Source: the human T2T-CHM13v2.0 reference genome, Homo sapiens. From it: 64,000 bases of DNA. The notes below the pieces were generated by a model that was not told the origin of the DNA, ran no database searches, and worked only from the letters and a program-made list of their open reading frames with translations. Made by a program: the position numbers and the translations under genes. Positions within the stretch are counted from its first letter, which is position 1. Each line of letters opens with the position of its first letter. Of the stretch, positions 52,532-63,763 are shown one piece after another. Where the stretch lies: NCBI RefSeq assembly GCF_009914755.1, contig NC_060939.1. The stretch is one strand, 5' to 3'.

Positions 52532-55500
52532 AAAGGCAAAAGATTGAAGCGTAGAAAACATTGTTCTCTCCGCCCTTCCTCTCCTCCATCTACACATACA
52601 CACTCATCTGCGGTCACTGAAAGGGCTTCCAGAAGCTTCAAATCTGAATATTTCAATACCTGGAACCCTGTCTCAGGCTGTTCCTTGGGAATACTCCTTT
52701 CCCATTCACCCTGGCTGGACTTTGACTTGGCATGCTTGCTGTGGTAACACTTCTCAGACATTATTCTGAAGGGAAATGCAGCCCCTTAGCAACATTTATT
52801 GCTATCACAGTTCAGAATTGGACTGATAAAATGACTCCAGGATAGCTCCTGGTGTGGTAAGTCAGCCCAGAAAACACCTTGTGAAAAAGATGACCCCCAC
52901 CTCCTTAAAGCTGTCTTTGTTCTGTAAATCACTTAGAGACAGGAGAGTTCTGTCAAGTCACAGTGGAGTTTTGCTTGCAGGTCAGAAGTAGAAGGAAAAA
53001 AAGAAAACTGAAGAGAAAATTGCTGAGGGTTTCAAGTTAGCCAATCTTGGGATTTTCTTCTTTAAGTTGTGTAATAGAGGTCCATTTTCCTTTAGAACAG
53101 AAAAATCTGAGTCTCAACTTTGATGCTTTATGAATGGGACCAGGAATCTGCTACATAATATGACGATTAAATTTTCAAAGACTTTTCTATTAGATTCCAA
53201 TGCCTGCCACTCCACGTGGTCATCAGACCTTCACGTGGGTATCATAAGGCATGGCTCATTTCTCCACGTCCGGATGGCAGCTGTGGGTGCTGGGCTGACC
53301 TCAGCTCATCACCCCATTCCCCAGGCCCCACAGCCAGCCCTCAGGATACTGTGTGAGGAAACATTTAGTGCAGTCAGAAAGGATACAGGACAAGGAGCAC
53401 TGTCCCTCTTCCACTTCTCTCTTTCTTAGACAGGAAAAAACATTCGACAACCATTGCCATTCTAGCCTTAAGGGGAGAGAAATAAACCCACTGACAAGCA
53501 AAAAGATACTGTGTCCAAACTGGCTTTTGGTTATTATAAAGTTACTCTAGGTATTTTGGCCTTTAAAAAATATTGTAATTATGAGTCCAAACTTATATTT
53601 TAAGTAAGGCCAAACCCCCTTCCCTGTCCCACAATAGACCATAATATATGAAGGCCACTCCCCCCTGAAAATGGCATGATTGGAGATGGTTAGGAGGATG
53701 TCAGAGGCCAAGCCAAAGTGGCATTTCTCTACCTCTCATGGAAATGGTTATTCTGCTCCCTTGCAAGTGTTAGAGTGCTTTACCGTAGTAATAATGCATG
53801 AAATGGTATTCTAAGTGGCGTTAAATAGTTAATAAACCTCTCTAAGCACCTAACTTTCTTCTGGGGAGGGATTCAGACACGGGGGATAATGGGACCTATA
53901 GCTTATTATCTGTACCACACAGACTCCAGATAACCAATGGGAGCTCAATATCTAACCCCTTTATAGTATCACTGCAAATTGGAATGCATTGAGCATCACC
54001 ATCTCTAAACTCCTAGTCAAAATTGAAGCTGTGTCTAATCAACTGGAACGACAAGACCATTGAGCAATAGAATCTGTCACTTTGGATCACCATGACCTGT
54101 CTACTCAATCCAGATGGATGTGCCTCAAGTCCCTGACCACTCGGAGAGTGATGCGCTGTGAAGATGGTGTGGTGGCCAGCTCAGTGATGTCTCAGGCTGG
54201 TCGTTTCATTGCAAAGACGCCTGACCTTGAATCAAGCCATTTATTCTTAATGTCTGGCAAACAGTGTTCAAATTTTTAAGTATTTGAATCTTTAACCGAT
54301 GGCTCTCTTCCCCTCCAAATTATATGCCAGAGAAAAAAGAATTATGTCTTAGAAATAATGTTCATCTGTCCCAAGTGCTATGAAGTTAACGCCTTTACGT
54401 GAAGGTTTGCGTAAGGGGAAGAGGGAAGTGCTTTTGTCCATTCCACAGACTTACACAGCTGTCCTGGATAAATCGGCCCTAAATGACCTTTGCCAGAGCC
54501 ATGGCTTTTTATTCCAGTCTCCATTATCTATTGTCTATTTGTCCAGTTTTGCTAGTGGGTGACAGAATGGAAGGGGAGTGAGATTCTGAGAGACTAAAAG
54601 TCTTACGTTCTGCCAAGCATCCTGGCTTCATGGGTCTGGCTGCTTGTGCCAGTCGATTTTATTGACATTATTGTTTGTCCCAGTTTCAGTATGTAATTGG
54701 CTAATTTTTTATCTGTGACTGCGAGTCATTTGTTTCTCTTTGATGTTAACTGTATGAAAAGCAGCTGAAAGGAGAGTTCTGTGTTTCTTCTCTAACAGGA
54801 AGCATGCTTGAAAGTCACAATAGAGGAAAATGAGAAAATCTGATTTGTCAAAGGTACCTTTGGAAGATAAATGACAGTCATTGATTGTGCTAGAAGATTC
54901 GATTTCCAAATGATTCCCAATGCTCAGAAGTGTAGCACAGCACTAACTCCATTCAACATCTCATAGCAGATCAGCAAATGATCAGCTTTCAAACAATAAC
55001 AAACTCTGATAAGAATATCTGTGAAAAAGGTGACTCGAAGCTCATCCTTCTTGACTCAAAAACTATCTCTTACTTTTTGTTCACTGAAGGTCTATTCTGA
55101 TTTAGGAAATATCCAGATGAGGTGTGCCAGTGTGCAAAACATATGACAATTTTAAACTTTACCTAGGGATGAATTGGTGTCACTGAAAACCAATATTTCA
55201 GAGACCACAAACACACATAAAAACCTGGAGAAACTTGCAACTAGACTGCTTGAAAGATACTTGTCTTTTATTGTTCATTTGTTTGCCTTAAAAATTTTTA
55301 CCACCTATAGGATACAACTCTAGAATATGACCCTTTGACTTTTAATATTTGCTATGATCTCCTGCTTCTTAGTTATGCATGTCTTTTCCTGAAGTCTCCC
55401 TACCAATACCCCAAGAAGTATCCTGTAAAGATAGTTTCTCCATTCCCCAAGCAATCACACTGGGAAATTTTCAATTAGGAAAACAGTGATTGGAGATTGA

Positions 55501-56219
55501 AGTCTGCAAGTCTATGGAATTCTTTTGAAAATATCTAAACCCAGTCATAATACTTTTCATGTCTTAGATGTAGAAACTTATTATGAGTTGAAGAATATAT
55601 CAATGCTTTAGGGGAAATTTACAGTAATGGAATAACAGCTGGTGCAGTATATGAGGACCAAGATGGCCATATACAACCACACAGTTGAGAGAAGTCCTGT
55701 TTTCGTTTTCATGAATGATCAGACTTTCACCTAATTATCATATCTAGCCTATTTTTGTTAGTGTTCACATGGTAGATTGAGTGCTTGATTGACTAATGAT
55801 TTACACTATGCAACTGCTAAAGATCATGATAGTAGCAATTCAGAAGCATATCAGTGCAATTTGTTTATTGTGCTAAATCAATCAAAATATTGTTCCCAGG
55901 TTTCCTTTAATGGTTTTACTGAAACAACTTTACATACTCTGCCATTAGCCATCCAACCGACACTTTCCCTTTTGAAGCTACAAAAGAATTTTAAATTTAG
56001 GGTTTGGGTAGAGGTGTATGGAGTCACACATATAAGAATCCATTCTTGTTTTCAATAAGGCATTTCTATTAGCTTTGTTCTGTAGATGATTTCTGTAGAT
56101 TTGATCTAATATATCTAAATTCTATTAGATTTGTTTCTGTAGATGTGATATTACTTTGAAATGGAAAGTAGCTCTGTGAGGGATCACAGTGTGTTTGGCT
56201 AGGCTAGACCTAGGACTCA

Positions 56220-57450
56220 GATATTTCTGATCAATAGAATTAGTAAGGAATACCTTTTATCCTAATATATATGTACCCCCTGATTACATAAGAGCTCAAG
56301 AGACTCCTAGGGGCATTATGAGCAAAAACACACTGTGGGAAAGAGATATTAATCAGTCACAAAAATGAGTTTATAATTAAAAACTATAATTAGCGCCATT
56401 ACCGAGTGAATTACAGAGGGTCAAGAAAGACTTTCTGGATAAATGATGTTTAATTAACAGCTAAAGAAGATATAGGAATAATTGGTTGAAGAGGTACAGT
56501 TTGAGGATAGAGGTATGTGAGCAGAAGAAAGAAATTATGTGAGCAAAGGCCTTATAGTAGGAAGGGAGTATACAGCATTTAAAAATGTGGAGAAGTCTAC
56601 TGTGCTCTCCAGGACTAGGAGAGGATGACAAAGATGGAGACTCATGGGGCAGGCTCAAGATATCTGGGAGACAGAATATACAGGTTTGGTGAGGGACATC
56701 ATATGGTAGGAAGGTAGGTGAGGCAGATCATTCCCAGCTTTCTCACTTGCATAACTAGATGGCTGTGATATTTAATGGGCTACAGAACCCTGAAAGAGGA
56801 CTAATTTTGGAGGGAGTATGAATTTGTTCTGGGATAAGTTAAACTTGAGATGTTCATGAGGCATCCAAGAGAAGATGCCATGTAGGTAATGGCCTGTATG
56901 GTTTAGAACCGAAAGACAAGACATGGGCTATAGATATGTATTTTGATATGACTGGCACATGACTAGTAATTAATGGTTTAGAACCCAAAGACAAGATACG
57001 GACTATAGATACATATTTTGATATGACTGGCACATGACTAGTAATTAAAGTAGAGGACATGAATAAGTTTCTTAGGAAGAATATAGAGAATTAAAAGAAA
57101 AGAGGGCTAAGGTTCAATCTTGAAGAACTCAAATATTAATGGTCAGCAGAGTGAAATATTCAAGAAAAGGCTTTAGACAAAGAAACTGAATAGCTAGAAG
57201 GAATATAAGAAGGGTGTGCTATCACAAGGACCAAAGAATAAGAGAGCTTCAAGAAAAAGGAGTATGGACGACAGTGGAAGGATTGCCAATAGATGAAATA
57301 CAAAGGGCATTGAAAAAATATCCATTGTACTTGGTGACCTGGAGGCCATTATCAGAACTGCTCTCTAAGCCAAAGGGGTCAGAAACCAGCCTGGGACAGG
57401 TGGAGGAAAGGGACAGGAAGTAGGGAAACAGAAACCTCAGGTAGAGAAAA
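56220..57450 (-). mobile_element. L2 LINE fragment (about 1.2 kb)
   Basis: gcaaaggccttatagtaggaagggag; taagttaaacttgagatgttcatgaggcatccaag; tccattgtacttggtgacctggagg. Confidence 0.8.
56899..57048. repeat. Tandem duplication, 2 x 75 bp (69/75 identical)
   Basis: Copies 56899-56973 and 56974-57048 aligned by eye; also visible as repeated LITSHVPVISKY in ORF 56854-57060. Confidence 0.95.
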
Positions 57451-57640
57451 CCTTGTCAACTTGTAAACCCTTGTGGGGATTCCTAGGAATAATTAAGGAA
57501 GGAGACTCTGTAAAAGTGTCAAAAGCTAGTGAAAACTTAGACTGGTGAGAACTAGGTGTGAATGATGATATTAATTGTATCTGTACTGACTTCTTGTTGA
57601 AGCTCGATTAGTATTCCACAAAAGCCAATAAGCCTTAAAC

Positions 57641-57978
57641 GAGGGGCCCCTAACCCCTGGGCCAAGGATGGGTATTAGTCTGTGGCCTGTTAGGAACGAG
57701 GCCGCACACCAGGAGGTGAGCAGCAGGCAAGCAAGCCTTACTGGCTGAGCTCCACCTCCTATCCGATCAGCGGTGGCATTAGATTCTCATAGGAACATGA
57801 ACCCTATTGTGAACTGCACATGCAAGGGACCTAGGTTGAATGCTCCTTATGAGAACCTAATGCCTGATGATCTGAGGTGGAACAATTTTATCCTGAAGCC
57901 ACCCCCCACCCCCACTTCCAGGGAAAAATTATCTTCCACAAAACCAGTCCCTGGTCCCCAAAAGGCTGGGGACTGCTG
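57641..57978 (+). mobile_element. MER1B (hAT-Charlie) element
   Basis: gtggcctgttaggaac; ggcattagattctcatagga; ccttatgagaacctaatgcctgatgatctgagg. Perfect 8-bp TSD CCTTAAAC at 57633-57640 and 57979-57986. Confidence 0.95.
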
Positions 57979-58234
57979 CCTTAAACAATTAACCAAAATA
58001 TGATCAGATCACATTTTGTCATCTTAAAAACAAAATGAAGTCATAGAGCACAGCAAACTAATTGATTACTTGGCACTTGGCCTATAAATAATTGATCCAG
58101 GCAAACATATAGTTTTGGCTCTGAGTTGCCTCCCTCATAAGCACAGATATCCATCCACACATGGAGGCATTTAATCCTGGCTAACATATAAGAAGGTAAA
58201 AAAAAAAAAAGAGGTGTCTTTGTGAGAAGGGTGC

Positions 58235-58462
58235 CCACAGTGGCTGGCAAGTAAAACAAATGATTAAAAAGCAAGCAACTGTGGAAAATTAGAGGTAGTG
58301 TGGCCCCTCCAGTTGGGGCAGCTGCTACTCTGTTTGAGCTGATTATATTCATGGGAGATGCCAGATATCCAGAGTTCTATGTGAAATCTGCTAATAGACA
58401 TAATATCATGTCAACATTTGAAAGGTATTTCTAGCCTATGGCCTGCCAATTTGTGACTTCTG
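58235..58462. mobile_element. MER102-like hAT-Charlie relic
   Basis: gctgctactctgtttgagctgatt; atccagagttctatgtgaaatct; gcctgccaatttgtgacttctg. Confidence 0.55.
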
Positions 58463-58493
58463 TTGTAGAACTACAAACTTAAATTTAGTGGAT

Positions 58494-58652
58494 GTTTTAC
58501 AAGCACTTGCTAACTGCAAATGCCTATACAGGCTCATGGAGAAGTAGAGATGTCATGGCCCAGATCTCCGGAGGTCATTACCAAGCAGAGAGGCATCTCT
58601 ACTTCTCCATGAGCCTGTATAGCCATTTGCAGATAGCAAGTGCTTGTAAAAC
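58494..58652. repeat. Long near-perfect inverted repeat: 59-bp arms, 41-nt spacer
   Basis: Arm 58494-58552 is the reverse complement of 58594-58652 except two positions (58513/58633 A-A and 58523/58623 C-C). Confidence 0.98.
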
Positions 58653-59706
58653 CTTTAAAATGGAATGAGCAGTTAATTTTGGCTGGAGAGAGGGCCATCA
58701 CAAGACTTTATGAAGGTGACACTTGTACTGGGCTTTGAAGAATTTCAGTGGAGAGGAAGGGAATCAGAGGAATAAATAATTTCTCAGCAGTACACCAAAT
58801 CTTCTGTTACAGTATGTAGTGTAACCTTCAGAATCAAAACAAATGCCAGCACAAGGCACAACTTTTCTAGGTTCAAAAAGCTTTGTTTTGACATGCTAAC
58901 AGCCCCAGTGCAGATAGAATCACTCTATTAAAGAGGTGATTACTTAGCAAATGACACCATCTGGTAATTTGCTTGTTGCTCTTAATGGTAAGAGTAGCAA
59001 CCAACACATGCATTGCTTTATAGTTTACCTACAGCTTTTACCCCATCTCATTCAAGGGTGCAATTTAGCCAAGACGCTCCCAAGCCTGGATGGCGATCTG
59101 GTGTCATTTTCAATGCCATGCAGGGACTCCTTGTAAACAGTCCCAGGGCTAGTCTAGTTCTGTTGTCTTTGGACACTGTCTAGATCCTTTCCATGGAAGA
59201 GGCCAGGCATTTTTGCACTCATTGAAGATATTCTTTCCATATTCAAGTAAAATATAGTGTGTTGTGGGGGAGGGGAGGAACCCACCCTAGTTCAGGTTCA
59301 CAGGAACAACATATTCTCATTGGCCCTGAATCTCGGAGCCTCCATCTCACTCCTGTGACAGAATGTTAGCCTGTGAATTCCCTGAGTCATGCAGAGGGCA
59401 GTGTTAAGTGGGACAACTCAGGGATAACATAGTTCTTGTCCTGCTATCCTGCCTTCTTCACCTCTGTGGTAGCTTCTGTCCCACAGGGTCAATTCCTGAC
59501 AGGCATAGCTATGTGCAGGCCCTTCTCAGGGTTTTTTGAAGAATATTGCAAGAAGGCTTTTCCAGAGGAAAAATGCTTATTTCTTCATTCTAGTGGCTAC
59601 AAGAACCTACCAGGAAGGAAACAGCAGGAGCACCTTGGGTTCAAAGTACCTGCTTCTTGTGTTTCATCATGACGGCAGAAACAGTTTGGTTTAAAAAAAC
59701 AAAATT

Positions 59707-60010
59707 GGGACCAGTACCAGTGGCTCATGACTATAATCACAGCAGTTTGGGAGGTCAAGGCAGGAGACCTGCTTGAGGTCAAAAGTCTGATACCAGCCTA
59801 GGCAACATAGCAAGACCTTATCCCTACAAAAATACAAAAATTAGCTGTGCACAGTGGTGCACATCTGTAGTCTCAGCTACTGAGGAGACTAAGTGGGGAG
59901 GATCAATTGAGCCTAGGAGTTCAAGGCTGCAATGAACTATGATCCTGATACTGGACTCCAGCCTGGGTGAAGAAGTAAAACCCTCTTTCTAAAAACAAAC
60001 AATAAAAATA
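59707..60010 (+). mobile_element. AluJ (Jo/Jr-like), highly diverged
   Basis: Dimeric Alu with J features (ggaggatcaattgagcctaggagttcaaggctgca) and CpGs lost. Confidence 0.92.
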
Positions 60011-60126
60011 TAGACATTGAAAGGTGGTCTTTTCACACAGAATGGAAGCAGAATGGTGATTCTTAGCAGCAACTTTAATAACATCTGAAATCAAGCCTCC
60101 TTGCCCTCAGTCCCCACCCCTTACCT

Positions 60127-60319
60127 CAATGGTTCTCAAATATTCAAACATTTCTGTGCCCAAAACAGCCACCTAAGCATTGTAATAAATGCAAACTCCT
60201 GAGAACCAGTCCAAAGAGACTGCCTCACATGGTCTAACATGAGCCTCTAAAATCTGAATTTCTAATGGGAATTTCAGATCATTCTGAATCAGGTGACACT
60301 TGACTGTGAGAACCACTGG
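60127..60319. mobile_element. MER5B/MER5A-type MITE
   Basis: Inverted termini caatggttctca ... tgagaaccactg. Confidence 0.7.
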
Positions 60320-60871
60320 TGAGAACCACCTATTTTTCCAATCACTTCCCACTGCTAAGATTTATTCAGCACCATGAACTGGTAGAAATGAAGTAAACCT
60401 ATCAGAAGAGTGACAGGTGTAGAGTCTCTTGTGCCCAGGGGCTCCCATTCAATGTGAATTGTATTTTATAATATACCAAGAGCCCCCAAACACAGAAGTG
60501 ACCTGGACCTCTCTCAGCATCTGTAGAGGAAGCATTTTAGAAAAGCGGAAAATAAAAGGTAAACTTTCAAAACTGTTGCTTTGTAGAATTTTAAATATGC
60601 ACCACTAAACTAGAGTCATTTATTTTGTCTTAGAGTCTCAGGCTTAGCATGGCTGAATTGCTTCCCGATTGTACCATAGTACAATAGGAATTTATCTACC
60701 TTAAGATGAGGAAAATAACTTTTCACTCTCAAAAGCTGAGCCAGAAGAAAGGCCTTTCTCTAGTGATCACTAAGCTGAGCTGTCTCTGGACAGATTGTAA
60801 TAAAACATTCATTCAGTTGGAAGCTCTAGAACATTTGCTTACGCTTGCTGCATGTTTACCATCTATTTATG

Positions 60872-60962
60872 CTCTCTCCCTCTCTCTTTTCTCTTGCCTT
60901 CTCTCTCTCTGTCTCTGTCTCTCTCTCTCACACACACACACAGAAACACACACACACACAGA
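60872..60962. repeat. Compound (TC)n(CA)n microsatellite
   Basis: Seen directly. Confidence 0.9.
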
Positions 60963-61080
60963 AACAACAACTAATCTTTCAATTGATATAGTTGGTGCAT
61001 CAATGATATGAGCCATTTCCTGCTGCTGATCCCATGACTTCCAAAATTCTAGAGGGCAACTCATTCCACTATGTTTTCTT

Positions 61081-61153
61081 AGCAAATTCCACAGGGGGAC
61101 ACCCATGATGGGTATTTAGCAGAGCTGCATAGGTAATGGGATGCTGGGCAATT
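61081..61153. repeat. 73-bp dispersed direct repeat, copy 1
   Basis: 65/73 identical, ungapped, to 62164-62236. Confidence 0.95.
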
Positions 61154-62163
61154 TTTGTCAAACTAGTTGTTTTTGGTTGACTTATCTGTAATACTGAGGG
61201 AGCTACACAATGTTATCTGTTTGTAAATAATTGGAAATACTTCCTGAGCTTGCAGGGGAAAATGCTTTATGGCTAAATGGTGTCGATTCCCCTGGTAGTT
61301 TAGGTATAAATCTCCTTGCTGACCTCAAACTGATATCTACCTTTTCTCATCCTTTTTTTTCTCCCTAGAGGGGGAAAAGCAAATAAACGAAACCACACTT
61401 GTTACAACACAATAGTTTGTTAAGAGTGAGCTAGAATAGCTGGTGATTAGTGTTGTTTTAATCAAATAGGATGCAAAGATGAAACCAATGGGAGGTTATT
61501 TACCTGCAAAGGAAATAAATTTAGAGGAAGAGATTAGTACAAAGGGGAGAGATTTTTGTATTGTGGTTCGGTAAGAGCTGTTTTTTAGGATTATACCCAA
61601 TTTTGGAGACCAAGGGTATTTAGACAATTTTTAAAAATTTAATTCCTGGGGTCAATTAAAATAACAATCCTTTGCATTTGTGTTATGCTTTACAATTTAC
61701 AGAATGTCTTAAGGTAGTTAAGTTTCAAGTTTTTCTTTCTCAGTATCCTACCTTCATGCATCAAAGTGGGTGGCCTTTATCCCATTAACGGCAATTACGT
61801 AAGACAGATGTCCCTAGATGAAATCTTACAGTTCTTTTAAATGAGTTTCTATAGAAAACAGTATCTTAAAAATATTTGTTAATTTTAATTAAAATACTTT
61901 CTTTATATTGGTGTACATTTTCCATTGTGCAAATTTTAAAAATCTGCCACTCGAAAACTATATCTGGCTACATTTTGAGCCCAAACCAGTGAAGACAGAA
62001 ATAAAGCCTAACTTTTCAGAAGCCCTCTGCTTCCTTGTAACTCTGAGGGACAGGTAGTGGAAATTATGAGCACACTGGTAATTTCCAATCTGGGGAAGGG
62101 AAATGGCATTGGAACATGCATCTATTAACCATGAAATGGACGTGACTCACAGTGTTAAGTAAC

Positions 62164-62236
62164 AGCAAATTCCACAGAGGGACACCCATGGTAAGTTCTT
62201 AGCAGAGTTGCATAGTTAATGGGATGCTGGGCAATT
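62164..62236. repeat. 73-bp dispersed direct repeat, copy 2
   Basis: 65/73 identical, ungapped, to 61081-61153. Confidence 0.95.
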
Positions 62237-62474
62237 GGATGTTAGAAAAAGGAGCCTCCTGTGACAGAGCCTCAACGCAAAGGGATGGATCCCTTTGTGT
62301 ACATTCTGTGTGATGCAGTTGCTTTCCAGGACTGAGGGGGTCAGAGGAGCCTGGTAGCCCAGAGTGGCACGGGGTGGGGAGTGGGGTGGAGAGGTGAAGA
62401 AAAGCAGCAGCCCACTGGTTTTTGGGACCCCAAATAGGAGTGTGTTTTCTGTGAAAAAAAATGAAAATTAATAT

Positions 62475-63132
62475 TGTTATAGGTAGTTAGCCATGAGTGG
62501 GGCAGGAGAGAGCTCTCCCCTGACCCACTAGAAATGTTGGGTGATGGTTCGGCAATTATTGCATTGCCGCTCTAAAAGTGATAAATTGGAAGCCAATGCC
62601 AGGGAGAGGCCATTTCCTGAAGGTCTACACCTGTTAACATGTTAATTAAAGGCAGATCCCAGGGAGAAGCAACTTCCTGGGGGTGCACATTAAGAGATAA
62701 AAATGGTGAAGTATGATCTTCCGGGTACACTCCACCAGAAAAAGGAAGGAAGCCTCAGATGAGCATGCGTAAAATTCCCTAAACACACTGTGTGTGCTCA
62801 ATTCCCAGGGGTAAAGAGGGCACAGCGCATGTGGAAAGCCCTAAGGAGAGAATCATGGGGGAAAAGGCGAGCCTATACAATCCCAGAATCAAGGCTAAAG
62901 CCACTTCTTTCCTCTCTTTGACCTTCAGGTGCCCACTAGGCTCTCTTCCAAGGGTTCTTTCCTTTCTTTCCTGTTATAAAGCCTTTTAATAAACTTCCAC
63001 TCCTGCTCTGAAACTTGCCTCTGTCTCTTTTTCTGTCTTATGCCCATCAGTCGAATTCTTTCTTCTGAGGAGGCAAGGACTGAATTTGCTGCGGGTAACT
63101 CGGGGTAACTCGAATCTCTGCCACTGCTAAGT
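62475..63132 (+). mobile_element. MER50-family solo LTR (ERV1)
   Basis: tgttataggtagttag...ggggcaggagag start; AATAAA at 62988-62993; gaattctttcttctgaggaggcaag U5 motif; ATAT on both flanks (4-bp TSD). Confidence 0.85.
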
Positions 63133-63763
63133 ATATGAGGTTTCGTAAAAATTCAAAATAAGCGATAAGAAGTAAATAAGATAGAACTGGGATCACGAAA
63201 GGAGAAATCAGATCTAGACGTAAGTGTATTTTGCTGAGGTCACCCATGCTCTTCATTCAGAGAAAATTAGCTTTAAAATCACAATGTCAAGAGTTCATAG
63301 AAATCCATTTCCCAACACTCTCTGCTCATGTTTCTCTGTCTCGTTCTGGTACCACAGGTTGGCAGTCAACTCAAGGCAGGCAGTTATGGTGGCAGACACA
63401 TTCCAGATGGAAAGATCATTTTGTTTCTAGACACTGTAACAAAGGCTTTGGCAGTTGGTGAGCAACCCTCCTGCTGGGAGCAGGTGTCTTCCCTTTGACA
63501 AGATTGCATTTTATACAGAAGAGCTTGAAATGGACTGTAACTGGTATCAGGTTGAACAAGTCAGGATTTTGAAAAGGCTTGGCTAACCAGCTTGAGATGA
63601 GGAACAATGACATGGGAAACGAATTACTTGTTTGCTAATGTCACAATAATTCAGCCATTCATCTTGAGTGGAGCATGCAGCATTAACTCTCCTCACTACC
63701 AGCCTCATGTTCTAGTCACTAAAGGCTCAATGGAAATTGTTGGCTGGGAGGACACTGAGATAG

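Noticed and set aside
56899-62236. Repeated units considered as a CRISPR-like or minisatellite array
   Set aside because: Only two copies each, no repeat-spacer periodicity, and the DNA is primate.
62371-62395. G-rich run, possible G-quadruplex
   Set aside because: Only three runs of 3 or more G; does not meet the canonical four-run pattern.
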